From the human T2T-CHM13v2.0 reference genome, Homo sapiens, in assembly GCF_009914755.1 (NCBI RefSeq), contig NC_060939.1: a stretch of 64,000 nt of DNA. One strand, given 5' to 3'. Below the pieces are notes generated by a model, which worked only from the letters and a program-made list of their open reading frames with translations, was not told the origin of the DNA and ran no database searches. A program made the translations under genes and the position numbers. Below, one piece after another: positions 46,238 to 62,585 of the stretch (position 1 is its first letter; every line of letters begins with the position of its first letter).

Positions 46238-46291
46238 AACAAGAAACTCCTTTACGAGAAGATGAAGGGAGGAGAGAGACGAAAGCGGAGG
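46238..46291 (+). CDS. SCG5: SCG5 coding exon 5, 54 nt, phase 0-0, ending in the pentabasic furin site
   Basis: Long pyrimidine tract, then ttctAG; donor AGG|GTAACA. Translates NKKLLYEKMKGGERRKRR. Confidence 0.97.
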
Positions 46292-48355
46292 GTAACACGT
46301 GCCTGGCTGGATTGTTGCGGGGATGCTTGGAGCTTTCTGAGTGGGGCAGTGAACAGGCTGAAACCCTCGCTTGTTGGGAAGTCACAGAATCCTCCCTTGT
46401 GTAGTCCTGAGAAACACTGGTCCATGTGACAAGGGCCACACCCAGAAAGTCTGTCCTTGGTTTCTGCGATGGCTTCCCCAGGCTTTAGCAGATGATTTTT
46501 AGTGGAACGCGCAGTCTGTAGCGATTCTAGCAACTCCATTCCGTTCAGGAAATGTGTATTGCTTCCCCCATCAGTGTGGGACATATCTGGGGGGACATGA
46601 GGGTCTGTCTGCCCTCCCAGGGTCTGTAGGCCAGTGGGGAAAAACTGATCACACATCTGCATCAATTCTATAAAAACACAGGACAGAAACAGGGAAGTGC
46701 TGAACTGCATGCTCCAGGAAATAACTTTGAAGGAATTCGGGAGCAAAAGATGAGATGAACAAACTTAATTTCTCCTATGTATCTTTTTTTCTTGGCCTAG
46801 CCAGACTGATGTAAAATCTACTAGATCTGTAATATTTGTTTGCTGTCTGTTGAATTTACTGCAGGCTTAGTTTTTAACCATCCCAGGGCTGCCCAAGGTA
46901 GGAACTTGGTCTAGATACTCCACATTTAGCTACTTCATATACAGTGTTGCCTCACGTAAAACTCAATGTCACATTTGCTTTGGCTTTCCAGGGTATTTTA
47001 TAGCATCAAGACTTGATAAGTGATCAAGGTCCATTCTGCTAATCCACTGGTACCTTACTAGTCAGAAGGGCCTGGCCACCTACCTCCTTCTTTATCTGAT
47101 CAGATGAAAGTGGGAGAAAAAACAACCCCACTGTTACATGGTAAAATGCTATGAGATAGTGACCATTTTAGTTAAAACATACAAACCTAAGCACGTACTC
47201 AAAGCCACTGACTATTTATTCAGAAGAGCAAGTGCCTGGATCCTCACAAAATTTGGGAATCTGGGCAGTGGTAATTGTGGCCATTCTGAAGGGTTTTGCC
47301 AAATCCGGTCAGAGAGAGCTTCAAGAGGTGTGGATTTTCTGGCCTCAGCATCAGTCCTCAGGCCCCCACAACAGAAGGTTCCAAGCCCCTGTACTGCCTG
47401 ACAAAACACAGAAGACATACAGCAATTTTCTACGCGAGAAGTAGAAAATTTTTACCTCTGGAAACAAATCTTTTTTGAGGAGAGTTAACAGAGTTATTAG
47501 GGGTTTTTCTTGGTGATTACAGCTTCCAATAGCAGATGGTGACAGAAAGGGTCCAAAGGGTATAATGTGGTCTTGAGGGAACATCAAGAAATTCTATTCT
47601 AGGAACTCAAAATACACATAATTTACCAGTAACACGGCTTGAATATCTCCCTACAACACAACAAGAACATTTCCAAATAAGAGCAATGACTGACCCAAAA
47701 TCAATAACTTAGCTTGAAACTTTAATTGTCTCTACTTCCTGGCCCACCATTCCTTCTGCCCTGACTCAGTGAATGACCATGGTCACGATTTAGGTCATTT
47801 TTCCGTGAGACTAGTGATTACCAAAACTCAGAATGCTGGCTAAGACACATGCTATAAAGGATTTTACTTTAGCCTCAATTTCCTCCACATAGGAAAGGCT
47901 TAGAATTTAGGAAAAGAAGGGTCACTTTGACCCAGAGATATCAAGTTCTTCCTGTTCTTGGGCATCTACAAAGACCCATTCTCATGCCATAAACCATGGG
48001 CCTCTCTGGATTGATAAGGAAGCACGTTGGCCCTGCCCATCATGAGGTCTCAGATGATGTTCCCATCTTGATTAAAGACATTAACACTGCCCCACCACCA
48101 CCCCCAGTACATGAATCAATATAAAGAAACTATACGCTTTCTTTTTTGAACAATGAAGTCTTCCTTCAGTGAAGCTCAGCATCTGCTGTGAGTTTCCAGA
48201 GGACATTGTAAGCAAAGATCCAATCCCAGTGGTTCTTCCAGTTGTGAAATGGGAATCATGTTCTCTGTGTGCCCTACCCAGTCTCTTGCCCAAGTGAGAG
48301 AAGACAAATATAGAAGTGCCTTGAGTTTTTCAGAGCACAATTAAAGCCAAGGCTC

Positions 48356-48702
<347 letters not shown>

Positions 48703-49462
48703 TCAATACTCAGTTAAATATTTATCAAAAAAGTTCACCTGATTCCTCTTTTTACCTCCTCATTAATTTTTCCCCTCCCCTCCAACCTTTGCATGTTGTA
48801 GGTCTGGGCAGGACTTCTCCCATGAGAGATAGATTCTCCTCAAAGTTGCAACCAAGCCCCATATGGCTTTGAACAACTTTTTGTACTCACCCAAATCCAA
48901 TTGAATTCCTCATTGCTTCACAAATGAAATGTCAATCTACCTTTAAATGACTGTGAACTTTTAAACTCTTAAGCTGTATCTTGTTAATATTTGAGCTCTA
49001 CTATTGATCTTATTTAAACAGTTTATGAACCTTTTAATCTCATATTTGATAAACTTGAACCTCTCATATCCTCCTTTAACATATTAGAATTTTTGGAATA
49101 AATATTACTAAACAAAATTCTGATATGATCCCCTGGGGTAGGCCAAACCACTGTAATTGATAAAAGGAATTTTTATTATTTTAAATATTTCTAAGATGAA
49201 TTCTCAGCAAGGTGTTGTCTTGTGGCATGTCACTTTTCAAATGTCTGAGGACATTGCTCACTTTGTAATTCTCACCTACTTTGTGATGCATCTTTGTAGA
49301 GTGAGTCGGACCTTTCACGATTCATGCGTTTAGCAGTCAGAATGTGAAAGAACATTTGTAAATGCTAAACTCAGGTTTCATTCCTTCTCTTTTGAAGAAT
49401 GTCTGCTCACCTTTCAAGAGTCATGGCAGGTTATTTCATGGGCAAGAGAGCTCCACCTGTGA

Positions 49463-49839
<377 letters not shown>

Positions 49840-50581
49840 CTACAGCTTCTTTCTTATATTTTTGTTCCATTATTGGAAGGCAACTTCAATGAACAAACAT
49901 CTTCCAAAACTTTTGAATTTTTCTTCTGCTTGCTAAATACTATTTTGTAAAGTTTCAATTACTAGTTCGAATCCACACCTCAATAAATAGATATGTATTA
50001 GAGAAGGAATGGAAAAATATTTACTCATTAAGAATACCAACACATGAAAGTGATTTCAGAGTATGGAGTCTTGAGTCAAAAACAAAGGACCCTTCCCGGA
50101 AGCTTCCTTTTTTGCTTCAGTTTTTGAATTTGACTGAAGGAAGGTGGAAATGATCACTCGAGCCCCTAATGAATTCTCCTTAGTAAAATACTGGCGAGGA
50201 AGAATCAATCCCAGCAACAGGATGATCTGGGACCAGTCTTCAGATGTTAATTCCCACTTGGCCCTACTCTTCTCCTTTAGAACGTTTTTCTTGCAAAATA
50301 TAATTTAATGCATTTCAGATTCCCCTTCCTACCTAAATAGGGCCATAGAATAATAATTATCTTTCTTATGGGTCTTGGTATCTAAATTAGTAGCAAGGAC
50401 TTATGAGCTGGTTTACTGCACATCTTTGCACCAAAAATAATAATTTTTAAAAAGACCACATTGCATCTGATAAAGAGCTCTATAGTTGTGTGAAAAACAC
50501 AATTAGAGACATCTATCAGTCAGAAAATGTTTCATAGGCCACTGAGGTATTAATTAGTACACTGGAGTAATTGTTTGGTAG

Positions 50582-50942
<361 letters not shown>

Positions 50943-51040
50943 CCCAGAAACGATTCTTGTTCATTTCTTTTCTGAGATGTCTGTATCTGATGTTCACATA
51001 TAACACCAAACCACATGGTTTTTGTTTGTTTGTTTTTCAG

Positions 51041-51136
51041 AGTGTCAATCCATATCTACAAGGACAGAGACTGGATAATGTTGTTGCAAAGAAGTCTGTC
51101 CCCCATTTTTCAGATGAGGATAAGGATCCAGAGTAA
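51041..51136 (+). CDS. SCG5: SCG5 terminal coding exon 6, encoding the 31-aa C-terminal (CT) PC2-inhibitory peptide
   Basis: Acceptor tgtttttcAG. Translates [31 protein letters not shown] followed by TAA, matching the human 7B2 C-terminus. Confidence 0.98.
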   Translation, partial: SVNPYLQGQRLDNVVAKKSVPHFSDEDKDPE

Positions 51137-51377
51137 AGAGAAGATGCTAGACGAAAACCCACATTACCTGTTAGGCCTCAGCATGGCTTATGTGCACGTG
51201 TAAATGGAGTCCCTGTGAATGACAGCATGTTTCTTACATAGATAATTATGGATACAAAGCAGCTGTATGTAGATAGTGTATTGTCTTCACACCGATGATT
51301 CTGCTTTTTGCTAAATTAGAATAAGAGCTTTTTTGTTTCTTGGGTTTTTAAAATGTGAATCTGCAATGATCATAAAA

Positions 51378-51403
51378 ATTAAAATGTGAATGTCAACAAT
51401 AAA
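51378..51403 (+). terminator. Proximal poly(A) signal candidates ATTAAA (51378-51383) and AATAAA (51398-51403)
   Basis: Two hexamers within the 3' UTR; usage cannot be shown from sequence. Confidence 0.5.
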
Positions 51404-51599
51404 AAGCAAGACTATGAAAGGCTCAGATTTCTTGCAGTTTAAAATGGTGTCTGAGGTTGTACTATTTTGGCCAAGTCTGTAGAAAGCTGTCATTTGATTT
51501 TGATTATGTAGTTCATCCAGCCCTTGGGCATTGTTATACACCAGTAAAGAAGGCTGTACTCAAGAGGAGGAGCTGACACATTTCACTTGGCTGCGTCTT

Positions 51600-51605
51600 A
51601 ATAAA
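51600..51605 (+). terminator. Distal poly(A) signal AATAAA
   Basis: Canonical hexamer with upstream TGTA elements and a downstream U-rich element. Confidence 0.85.
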
Positions 51606-51779
51606 CATGAATGCAAGCATTGGCATATGGAGTTTTCTTTTTAAAGCATTATAAAGAACAATTTCTTTGTTTAATAGAACAACCTGATCTACATATATGA
51701 TAGTATATGATCCAAACAATAATGCTGTGAACTTAATGGGTCTGGTATTATCCCCATTTTACAGATGGTAGAACTGAGA

Positions 51780-52655
<876 letters not shown>

Positions 52656-52694
52656 TAGAACCACAGTTAATGGTTAAAAAGTAAGAGTAGATCA

Positions 52695-53018
<324 letters not shown>

Positions 53019-54286
53019 CTGGCCTGGAAATAGCAATGTTGGACAAGGTAGAATAAGGCTACATAAGGCTGTGGACAATGTGAGGAAGCCAAAAAGGAAG
53101 GTGAATGAAGAGTTGTCCCAAGGTGCTAGGGAAGTAGCAGAGGGATCCACGGGAGAGAAAATCTGGCTGGGGCTAGTGGTGATGAACTAGATAGTGAAGT
53201 CAGAGTGGCTGGAAGGAGAAGGGATTTTCCTGGAAAAAAAAATAGGAAACTTAGAGGCAGGAGACAAGGAGAACCTCCATTAGACAGACTCAGAAAGGCC
53301 CTTTCTTTCTGAATGGAGTCAGCTGGGCATCTGCAGCACAGACAGAGGGATTTGCCTGTGGGCTGGAGAGGGTCATTACTCCTATCTCAGTCTTCCCACA
53401 ATGCTCCAGCTGAGGATCTTTGAAACCAGAAAGGTGGTTATAGTCACCCCAGAGACATGTGGAGAACAAAAGAAGAGGATGGTGCTAGCACCACAGCCAT
53501 TCATCCTGATTGAACTCCCACTGTGGACACAGCCAGCTGGAGCCTCAGAGCAGTCACACAGCATGAGGAGGGGTTTACAATGGGGTCATTCTAGAAGAGA
53601 ATTTCCTCCGTTCTTGCTACTGGGAGAGAGAAAATAGATTGTTGAGTGTTTCCTACAGCGTTTGTGCAAAGCCATCCTCCCCTCCCACTGCCTTCAAAGT
53701 GAGTCACGTGCCAGGTCACCAGGCTGAGTCTTCTAGGGATGGCTCTTCCAAATGTGTTTACACCCAAAGATGCAGTGTTCCGGAACACACCTGGAGGTCC
53801 TGAAGGGAGCAATTCAGAGTTGGAAGTGTTTCTGCCAGTGAGTTGGGGGTCTGTCTGGGTTGGGCAGCTACCTGGAGGTGATATGAGCTTGGAAAACTGA
53901 GTCATCCACTCGATCCACAGTTCCACAGTCACTGCCACACAATGAGGAGCAGCATGACCCTGACTCCACACTTCCCAAGACTCCTGGAACAGAATTCTAT
54001 TTCTTTGGCAAGGCTGCGACGAGGACCTTTCCTATTTAGTCAGCTAGGCACAAAGGAATAGCAGAAACATCTTTTCTCCTCCTCTTTCCTTTGAAACCTT
54101 TGAGAGATACCAGGCTTCACATATAAATCTCACAGATACCAGCCACAGGGTTAGGGCCTGGAGAACGAAACCCTCCAGATCCCCTATCTGTCACAGGATC
54201 ACATGGTGATCACTAAAGTGCCACTGCCTTGGCCAGGGGGACAGGAGAGCCAGGAAAATGGGAACATTTATTAAAAATAAATTGTC

Positions 54287-54609
<323 letters not shown>

Positions 54610-54961
54610 TAGATTGTCAGCTAGAGGAACTCATTCTTCTAGCTGCGAGTGGGTAGGGGAGGACATGGTTAATTACTTCTCTCTTATGATCCCTTTTTGT
54701 GTTCCTGTGGGACCCCACGCATACTTTCATACAGTCCCTGAAACGGGGCATAATGATAAGAGTTACTCTATATACATAACAAGCTCTGTATACATTGTTC
54801 ATTTAAACATCCCTCCCTACATTTTATAGATGAAGCCATTGAGGCAGACGGATTCCATGACTTAACCAAAACTCCTCAACTAGTAAGTGGCAGAGTTGGA
54901 ACTTGAATTTAGGCCTCTGGGACTCCACAGTAGACACTCTCCCCTGTACCACACTACCACC

Positions 54962-55329
54962 TGTTAAAAGAGAAACCTTAGACAAATTAAACTGAACAGA
55001 CTTTGAGTAAAGAGCAATTTGCAAAACAGGTTCAGAGAGACTCTGCACTGCCGTGTGGTTGAAGACAACCGATGGACAGCAAAAGGAAAGTGAGGTACAC
55101 GAAAAGTGAGGGACAGAAACAGCCGTATTGGTTACATTTCAGTGTTTGCCTTATCTGAACATGGTTTGAACAGTTGGCCACCTTTGGCCGAATCTCAGTG
55201 ATTGGCACAAGAGTAGGTTACAGCCTGTTTACACATCCAGCTAGGTTACAGTTTGCTATGTACAGAGAAAACTTTAGGCCGAGCTTTCACTATGTAAGGA
55301 GGCAGCTTTGGGCTGAACTTAATTTGGCA
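54962..55329 (-). mobile_element. ERV1 solo LTR (MER57-like)
   Basis: TG...CA termini with a 4-bp TSD CACC (54958-61 and 55330-33). The reverse strand reads aagttcagcccaaagctgcctccttacatag...gtaacctactcttgtgccaatcac, as recalled for the MER57 family. Confidence 0.8.
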
Positions 55330-55369
55330 CACCTAATACTTGTTTACTTATTATATATGTGCCTCATTC

Positions 55370-55520
55370 AACTGGGTTATAAGCTCCTTGAAGCCATAGG
55401 CTGTGTCTCATTTTTCTTTTTATCTTGATATCTTGCATGCGGCCTAACAAAGGCAATAATAACTGCTGAATGAATGAGCATGATGGAATGTTTTAAAGAC
55501 GTCATAAAAGGTAAATCATC
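55370..55520. promoter_or_regulatory. Candidate core of the known intestinal GREM1 enhancer (rs16969681 region)
   Basis: TCF/SOX-type AACAAAG (55446-55452), CDX-type GTCATAAAA (55501-55509) and near-CRE AGACGTCA (55497-55504). Position agrees with the recalled ~1.6 kb spacing from rs4779584. Confidence 0.6.
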
Positions 55521-55610
55521 TTAGACTGTGTACAGAGGGAAAGGTGGAATTACCTCTCACTTTGGTGGGATTTACAGATTGATGTGAAGTTGTGAACATG
55601 GTTCTCAAGT

Positions 55611-55908
<298 letters not shown>

Positions 55909-58123
55909 CCTCAAGTCTTTCATAGAATCAGCCAGTAGAACTACCCGCTTCTTTTCTGAGTCACTGCTCAAATGTCGGTAGTTCAGGAAGTGTCAAGGCA
56001 CAGAGTTCCTGCCAAATATCTCAGTTTGCTGCACACCATGACGGTTGTGCATGATTCATTTATTAGGGAGACAGACCAGATGCGTGGGACGGCCCTGCTC
56101 ACCATCAAGGCAGATCTGTGGGCAGACAGAGCATTGGGTTCTGCTGTGGGTTTTCATCGACCAGTGTTCCCTCTCTGACCATGGGATAGCCACATGGGCA
56201 GTGCAGAAGGCATATCCCAGCCCTTCACTGGTATCATGTGCTGTGGCAACAGCCTTGGGGATTAGAACAGAGAAACCTGGGGAAACATTGGCCACTCAAT
56301 GAGAAGCAAACTTGGAGGGTAGGAGGAGAGTCCTAAGGAGGGGTCAGGGAAGTATCCAGGCCATCAACTTTCAAAGTGCTCCGGGACATAATTTAGAAAG
56401 TCAATTGGCACACCTAGCCAGGAGTATATCTTGAGAAAGTAGTATTCTTTGAAGCCTCCTGAAGCCTGGGTTTTACCAACAGCCTAGTCCTGGCAAGATT
56501 CGGGGAGCTTGTACTTCACATACTCAACTTTCTGTTTCTAAAGGGAAAGGAGACTCTACCAAGCCTTTTTGGCCATCAGGCTGCTCTTCCAAAATTGTCT
56601 GGTGACTTAAGTGTAGGTGAATCAGAAACATGTGGATCAAATTTCCTGCTAAAATACACATGGGTTTGGCAATTAAAAGAAAATGTGTAGAATATGGCAG
56701 ATTTGGTGGCCAGAAAGCCCCGTGAGAAGGCAAGGGCCACTGAAAATTATCATAACTATATAGTAAAAGAAAACTTGATTCCAAATGGGCACAGAGGAAT
56801 CCATGGAGAAAGTTGGTAAGACATTTATGGGTGTCACACATCGGCTTCTGAAGGCCACAAGTAAAGGCAGGGTGTTTGCAAAGATTCTTGTAGAACCATG
56901 TCCTTGAATTTGGGTTTAAAAACTTATTAACTTATAAGTTGCAAAAGAAAGGCTCTTTTAGAAAAGAGCTGCTATAAGATGGGCTGAGTTAGAAAAACCT
57001 AACAGCCCATCCTAATAGACTGAATGTTCTATTGTTTGATGAATGTTATGTGCCAGTAGAACTTGTTGATAAGCCATTCTTCTGAACAGAAACCATAACT
57101 ATACACACAGGAAACAAAAATATTTGTAATGGCTTTTAGCAGTGGCAACTGAACACCTGAGGAGTGAGACGCATCTTAATAAAGCCCATTTGGAAACTAT
57201 AGTGACTTCCCCACAAGGTGTCACCTTCCTTGTTAGGACTCATCACGATACCATTCATTTATTCATTCAGCAGTAACTTATCAAGGATCTATTCTATGTG
57301 CCAAATACTGAGCTATATTCTGGGACTGGGGAGTCTTACTAAAGAGGTATAAGATATAGGCTCTTCCTTCATGGAGTTTAAAGCACATTTGCAACCATAA
57401 ATATTCAGCTATTTGTACACTATTATTACACACTTGATCCCATGGCATCACAGTTTAACAGAGTAGTTAGATACAAAAACTTTGTAATTAGATTTGCATT
57501 TGACGGGTTCTGTGACTTACAAGTTGTGTGGCCTTGAGCAAATAATTCCATCTCACTAAACCTTAGTTCTTTCATGTAACCAATGGGAAAGGTAATACTT
57601 ACCTTATCATATTGATGTGAAGATCCTGTGATGTGAAATTCCCTGCAATATGGCACCTGTGTTAAACCTCTATTTAGATGCCAAATTCAGAATTCATCAG
57701 ATTTCAGGGCAAGAAACAAACTCTTTACTCTGGATATTTCCATATGAAAGGGATTTAATGCAAGGAATTATGTGCTTACAAAATTATTTAAAGAAGTGGA
57801 GGAGCATGAGGCAGGGATCCACAGTTCGGTTTAACCAGTTCAAGGTCACGCACATAGCTGGAATCCAGAGGTCAGGAAATAGTGGTTGGTGTCACTGCCA
57901 CCACCACATCACTACCAATGATGTGTGATACTCCCAAAGTCATTGTCTTGACACAAGAATGGTGAGTCTGCCTGCAGCTACCATCTCTCATAGCAGAAAC
58001 AGCAGCAGAAAAATAGATGTTTTTCTTTCTCTTCCAACTTCAACATCTGTGGGAGTGCATCTATTTGGTGTTCCAGTTTGCTTCCAAAAGCCTGTCTCCT
58101 GAGGAGTCAGGTATCAGCTACAT

Positions 58124-58460
58124 CAGGGGTTCCCAACCCCTGAGCCACCAACCAATACTGGTCTGTGGTCTGTTAGGAACTGGGCCATTCAGGAGGAAGT
58201 GAGCCCCGGTCGAGTGAACATTACGGCTTGAGCTCCGCCTCCTGTCAGATCAGTGGCAGCATTAGATTCTCATAGGAGTGCAAACCCTATTGTGAACTGT
58301 CCATGTGAAGGATCTAGGTTGCACACTCCTTATGAGAATCTAATGCCTGATAATCTGAGGTGGAACAGTTTCATCCCAAAACCATATGCCCCTTGCCATC
58401 CACGGAAAAATTGTCTTCCACAAAAATAGTCCCTGGTGCCAAAAACGCTGAAGACCACTG
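58124..58460. mobile_element. MER1B hAT-Charlie DNA transposon
   Basis: caggggttcccaacccc...gagctccgcctcctgtcagatcagtggcagcattagattctcatagg...ccctggtgccaaaaa...accactg; imperfect 8-bp TSD agctacat/atctatat. Confidence 0.9.
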
Positions 58461-60490
58461 ATCTATATTTTCCATATAGGGATAGCCAAAACCCAGGTAA
58501 GCTGAAGCTCTATGAAAATTCAAAGTAGAGCCCAGCTGTCCTGATCTCAGTTTTACCATCAATTTACTATCTTATAATAGCTCCAAAGGAGAAAAGTGAA
58601 AAACCGTAGAATTTTAGAGATCATTTTTTCCCGCCTTCCTGGTTGATAAAGTAAGAAATAGTGCTTGAAAGAAGATGAATAATCGCAGCACAGACGTAAA
58701 CCAAACTCAAGCTTTATCATTAGGATTGACATAGGAACCATCCCCATGACATAGACCCCAAAAGTACAATGGTATGAATGAAAAAGGTGACAGCGGAGGC
58801 TGATCTTTATCATTTTTCACTATGCTTGGCTTTTTTGTTATTGTTGATTTTTGAGTTGGAATGTGAGCTTATTTATCCTCCACAGCTTTTGGAAGATTTC
58901 AGCCTGGCTCATCCTACGTTAGAGTGTCTGACAGGGGAATAACGCGTGGTATTTAGATGGCACCAGTTATCCAAGAAGGTCAAATTTCTTTGCAATTAGT
59001 CTGTCGTACTCCAGAAAGCCCTGAGAGATGAGACGTTGGGGTATGAGAGAGGGAGTTATCTTCATTTAACAGCAGATAGACTTAGGAAGCGGCAGGGGCC
59101 AATGAAAAAGCAGGAACGAGAATGGAAAATGTCCCAACACTATCTCCCTTCCCCAACCAACAACCCAGGAAAAATTTTCCAAATCACTTTCTACATATGC
59201 CTTGACTGTTGATTCATCAAAGATGTCTTCAATAGATTCACAACTCAAACCACATTGTGGTATTTAAGTAAAGGGGAGCATTGAAAATGTGAATATAGTA
59301 TTTCTTCTATTTTTGCAAATGGATGTGTTTGATACCAAACACTGTCAGCAGCTAATACTATTACTATGTTTGCTAATATGCTCAGATCAGCTGGGCACAC
59401 AACCAAAACCCATAACATTCCTGAGTGAAGTATGATCAGATGCTCCCAAATGCAATTTGCCTTCTTCCCTCGCATCGTAAGAGAAAAGGCTTTTGTTGGA
59501 TATGTTTTGTGAACACCAAAGAGAGTAAATAGCTTTTTGAAGAAGCCAAAGTGTTTTCCTCCTGATTCATTGTGAATGCCTGCAAGAGTGTTTCCTTTTA
59601 AGTTAAAACAATTTACGAATTCTTCCTACTAAATCAATCTACATATTTTTATCACTGCTATTTTTAATAAGTAACTTTTCTTTCTGAAAATTTATTTCAC
59701 TTTGCCCCAACCTTTCTGTGATTCTTGGGAGACAAGAAACAGAGTTCATGTAAAACACTCTTGTTTATGATGGATGAAACCACAAACTTTGTGTGATGTT
59801 AACCCACTCACAGAAGGAGAATCTGAACTTCAGAGTATTTTGTGTTTGGAGAGAAGGCTCACTAAGGGAAATGGGCTCACTTCAATTCAATATATTATAG
59901 GAAGGAAAGGATCAAGGAAGAGCTGGTCTTAAAACTGTCAAAATATAAGAATTTGATGGGAAGAAAGAAGGAAAACAGAGCAGTTGGAAATGCAAAGATA
60001 AAAGAACTGGATCCAGACATGTCTATGTAATTTCCCAGGAATGGAAATTGTACTGGCAATTTGGAAAGAGATATCGAAAAACAATATACATTAAATGTTG
60101 AGCTTTCCTTGCAGCAATGCACTTGGAAGGCTCTTAGAACACATGGCATAATGGTATTATGATTCATCTACATATGGCCTGATCCTTGGTGACTGATGAA
60201 AGGGGAAACCAAGTTTCATAAGGAATCAAACACAGAAGAGGAAGCTAAACACTTTTTTAGAGAAAAAAACTCTTTTAAGCTTCTAGGTCATCAGCAGAGT
60301 ATTAACTAACGCAGCCTACTAAATTTGCATTGGGATAGATCACATATGTAATTTCCTTTAATTCTTCAATAACCCTGTGACATAGGCATCATTTTCTCTG
60401 TTTCCTGATAGCCCAAGAGTTGCCATCTCTAAAGTTGCTTAGGTAGTTGGTGGTTGAGCTTAGATGCAAACAGAATTCTTTCCACCACAC

Positions 60491-60668
60491 CAGTGATTGT
60501 CAAACCTGGCTGCTTATCAGAATCATCTGGAGAGCTTTGTAAAAATACAGATTCTTGGCCCAGGAAATTCTGATTCAGTAGTCTAGAGCAAGCTCTGGGG
60601 ATCAATTTTTTGTTTTGTTTTGTTTCTCCAGTGACTCTGATACACAGTGAATTTGGGGAAACATTGCA
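60491..60668. mobile_element. MER5-like hAT MITE
   Basis: cagtgattgtcaaacctggctgc..atcagaatcatctggagagcttt..aaaaatacagattc...attctgattcagtag. Confidence 0.75.
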
Positions 60669-61593
60669 CACAATTGCAACCAGAAATGGTGTGAGAATGG
60701 GTGAATACAAAAGCCCCGGAGGGAAGGTTGTAGAACACAGGGACTCCACTGCTCTACGAGAAGCCTGCTAAACTACACCCAGCCATAAATAGTCTCACAA
60801 AAATCTACCAGATCTGAAAAACATGCTTCGACTTCACCTGAATTTATTTCTAAGGCCCCAGACATTCCTAATCAGCCCATCTCCTCCCAGATGGCTCTGC
60901 AAACCATTCCTATCGTTTGGAATTATGTTTTCAGAAGCCTCACAACCATGATAAAATGCTGTTGCCATAAGCATTTTCCTATCTCCTCAAGATGAATTAG
61001 ATGAGCTACTTAGTCCTTCATCAATAAATTGTAAAGGGAGAGGCATTTGGAACTATGGATGCCCTTCAAATGTACTTGGCTAGTTACTTGCCTCTGTTTC
61101 CAAAAAGATTAAAACGTAAAAGAAATAAGTGGCAAAACGTGCATCATTCCTGGCCACATACCCAAATATTCTTTCTCTTATCCAATATGACTTTTTCCTT
61201 TGCATGCTTTTTCACCAGGCTAAGAAAACTAAAATATCTTTCTACAACAAATCCTTAAGGTTTCCCAGAAACACAAAGTAATGGTGCATTATTTATTTCT
61301 TAGGAAATTTTACCATGTTATTTTTAGCAGAGTGCATGTTACCCTGACACAGGCCATAAAACTTACTCACTTCTTTGGGGTCTGAGGAATGTCATCTTGT
61401 GACTGGTTTTACAGGGAGAACTTATCGGGGTGCAGTTGCAGTTTCCAGAGTGAGTCAGTGCCATCATTGCCTCCGCTGTTATTCAGTGGGTGGGGCACCT
61501 GGAGCACAGGAATGTGCTCTCTGATTCCACGACAAAACTAAGGACTGAGGCTCCCCTAGGCTCAGTTGTAGATTTTGAGGCTCTTGAGTTTCA

Positions 61594-61921
<328 letters not shown>

Positions 61922-62254
61922 TGAAGGAGGAGAAATCAGAAACAGAAGCAAGGCAAAAAGGGGGCTAGAGCAAGGGTTATAACAGGAAGGAAAATAAGAA
62001 CAGCTGCACTTTTAATCTATTCATTCAACAAAGGTCTGGGAGCATCTATGTACTCCAAGTGCCATGTAGAGGCCGGGGATTCAGTGAGCCACACAGAGAC
62101 GGTTCTTGCCCCCACAGAGCTTACAGGCACGCGGAGGAAACAGACAAAAACCAAGCAAATCTACAAATTGCATAATTTAAAAATTTGGTAAGAGCCAGGA
62201 AGAAAGGGCGTTAGTCAAAGGAAGGACATGGCTTAGTATATAAGTTAAGAAATG

Positions 62255-62585
<331 letters not shown>

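Larger units (their letters stand above)
51137..51625 (+). other. SCG5: SCG5 3' UTR (3' end approximate)
   Basis: Repeat-free sequence after the stop codon, ending about 20 nt after AATAAA (51600-51605) and followed by a U-rich tract (gagttttcttttt). Confidence 0.85.

Noticed and set aside
51039-51042. Alternative acceptor 2 nt into exon 6 (CAG|AG)
   Set aside because: It would shift the frame and is too close to the strong CAG; there is no supporting evidence.
57690-58110. Possible additional old LTR fragment
   Set aside because: The resemblance is too weak to name or bound without RepeatMasker. Numerous MIR and L2 scraps were likewise left unlisted.
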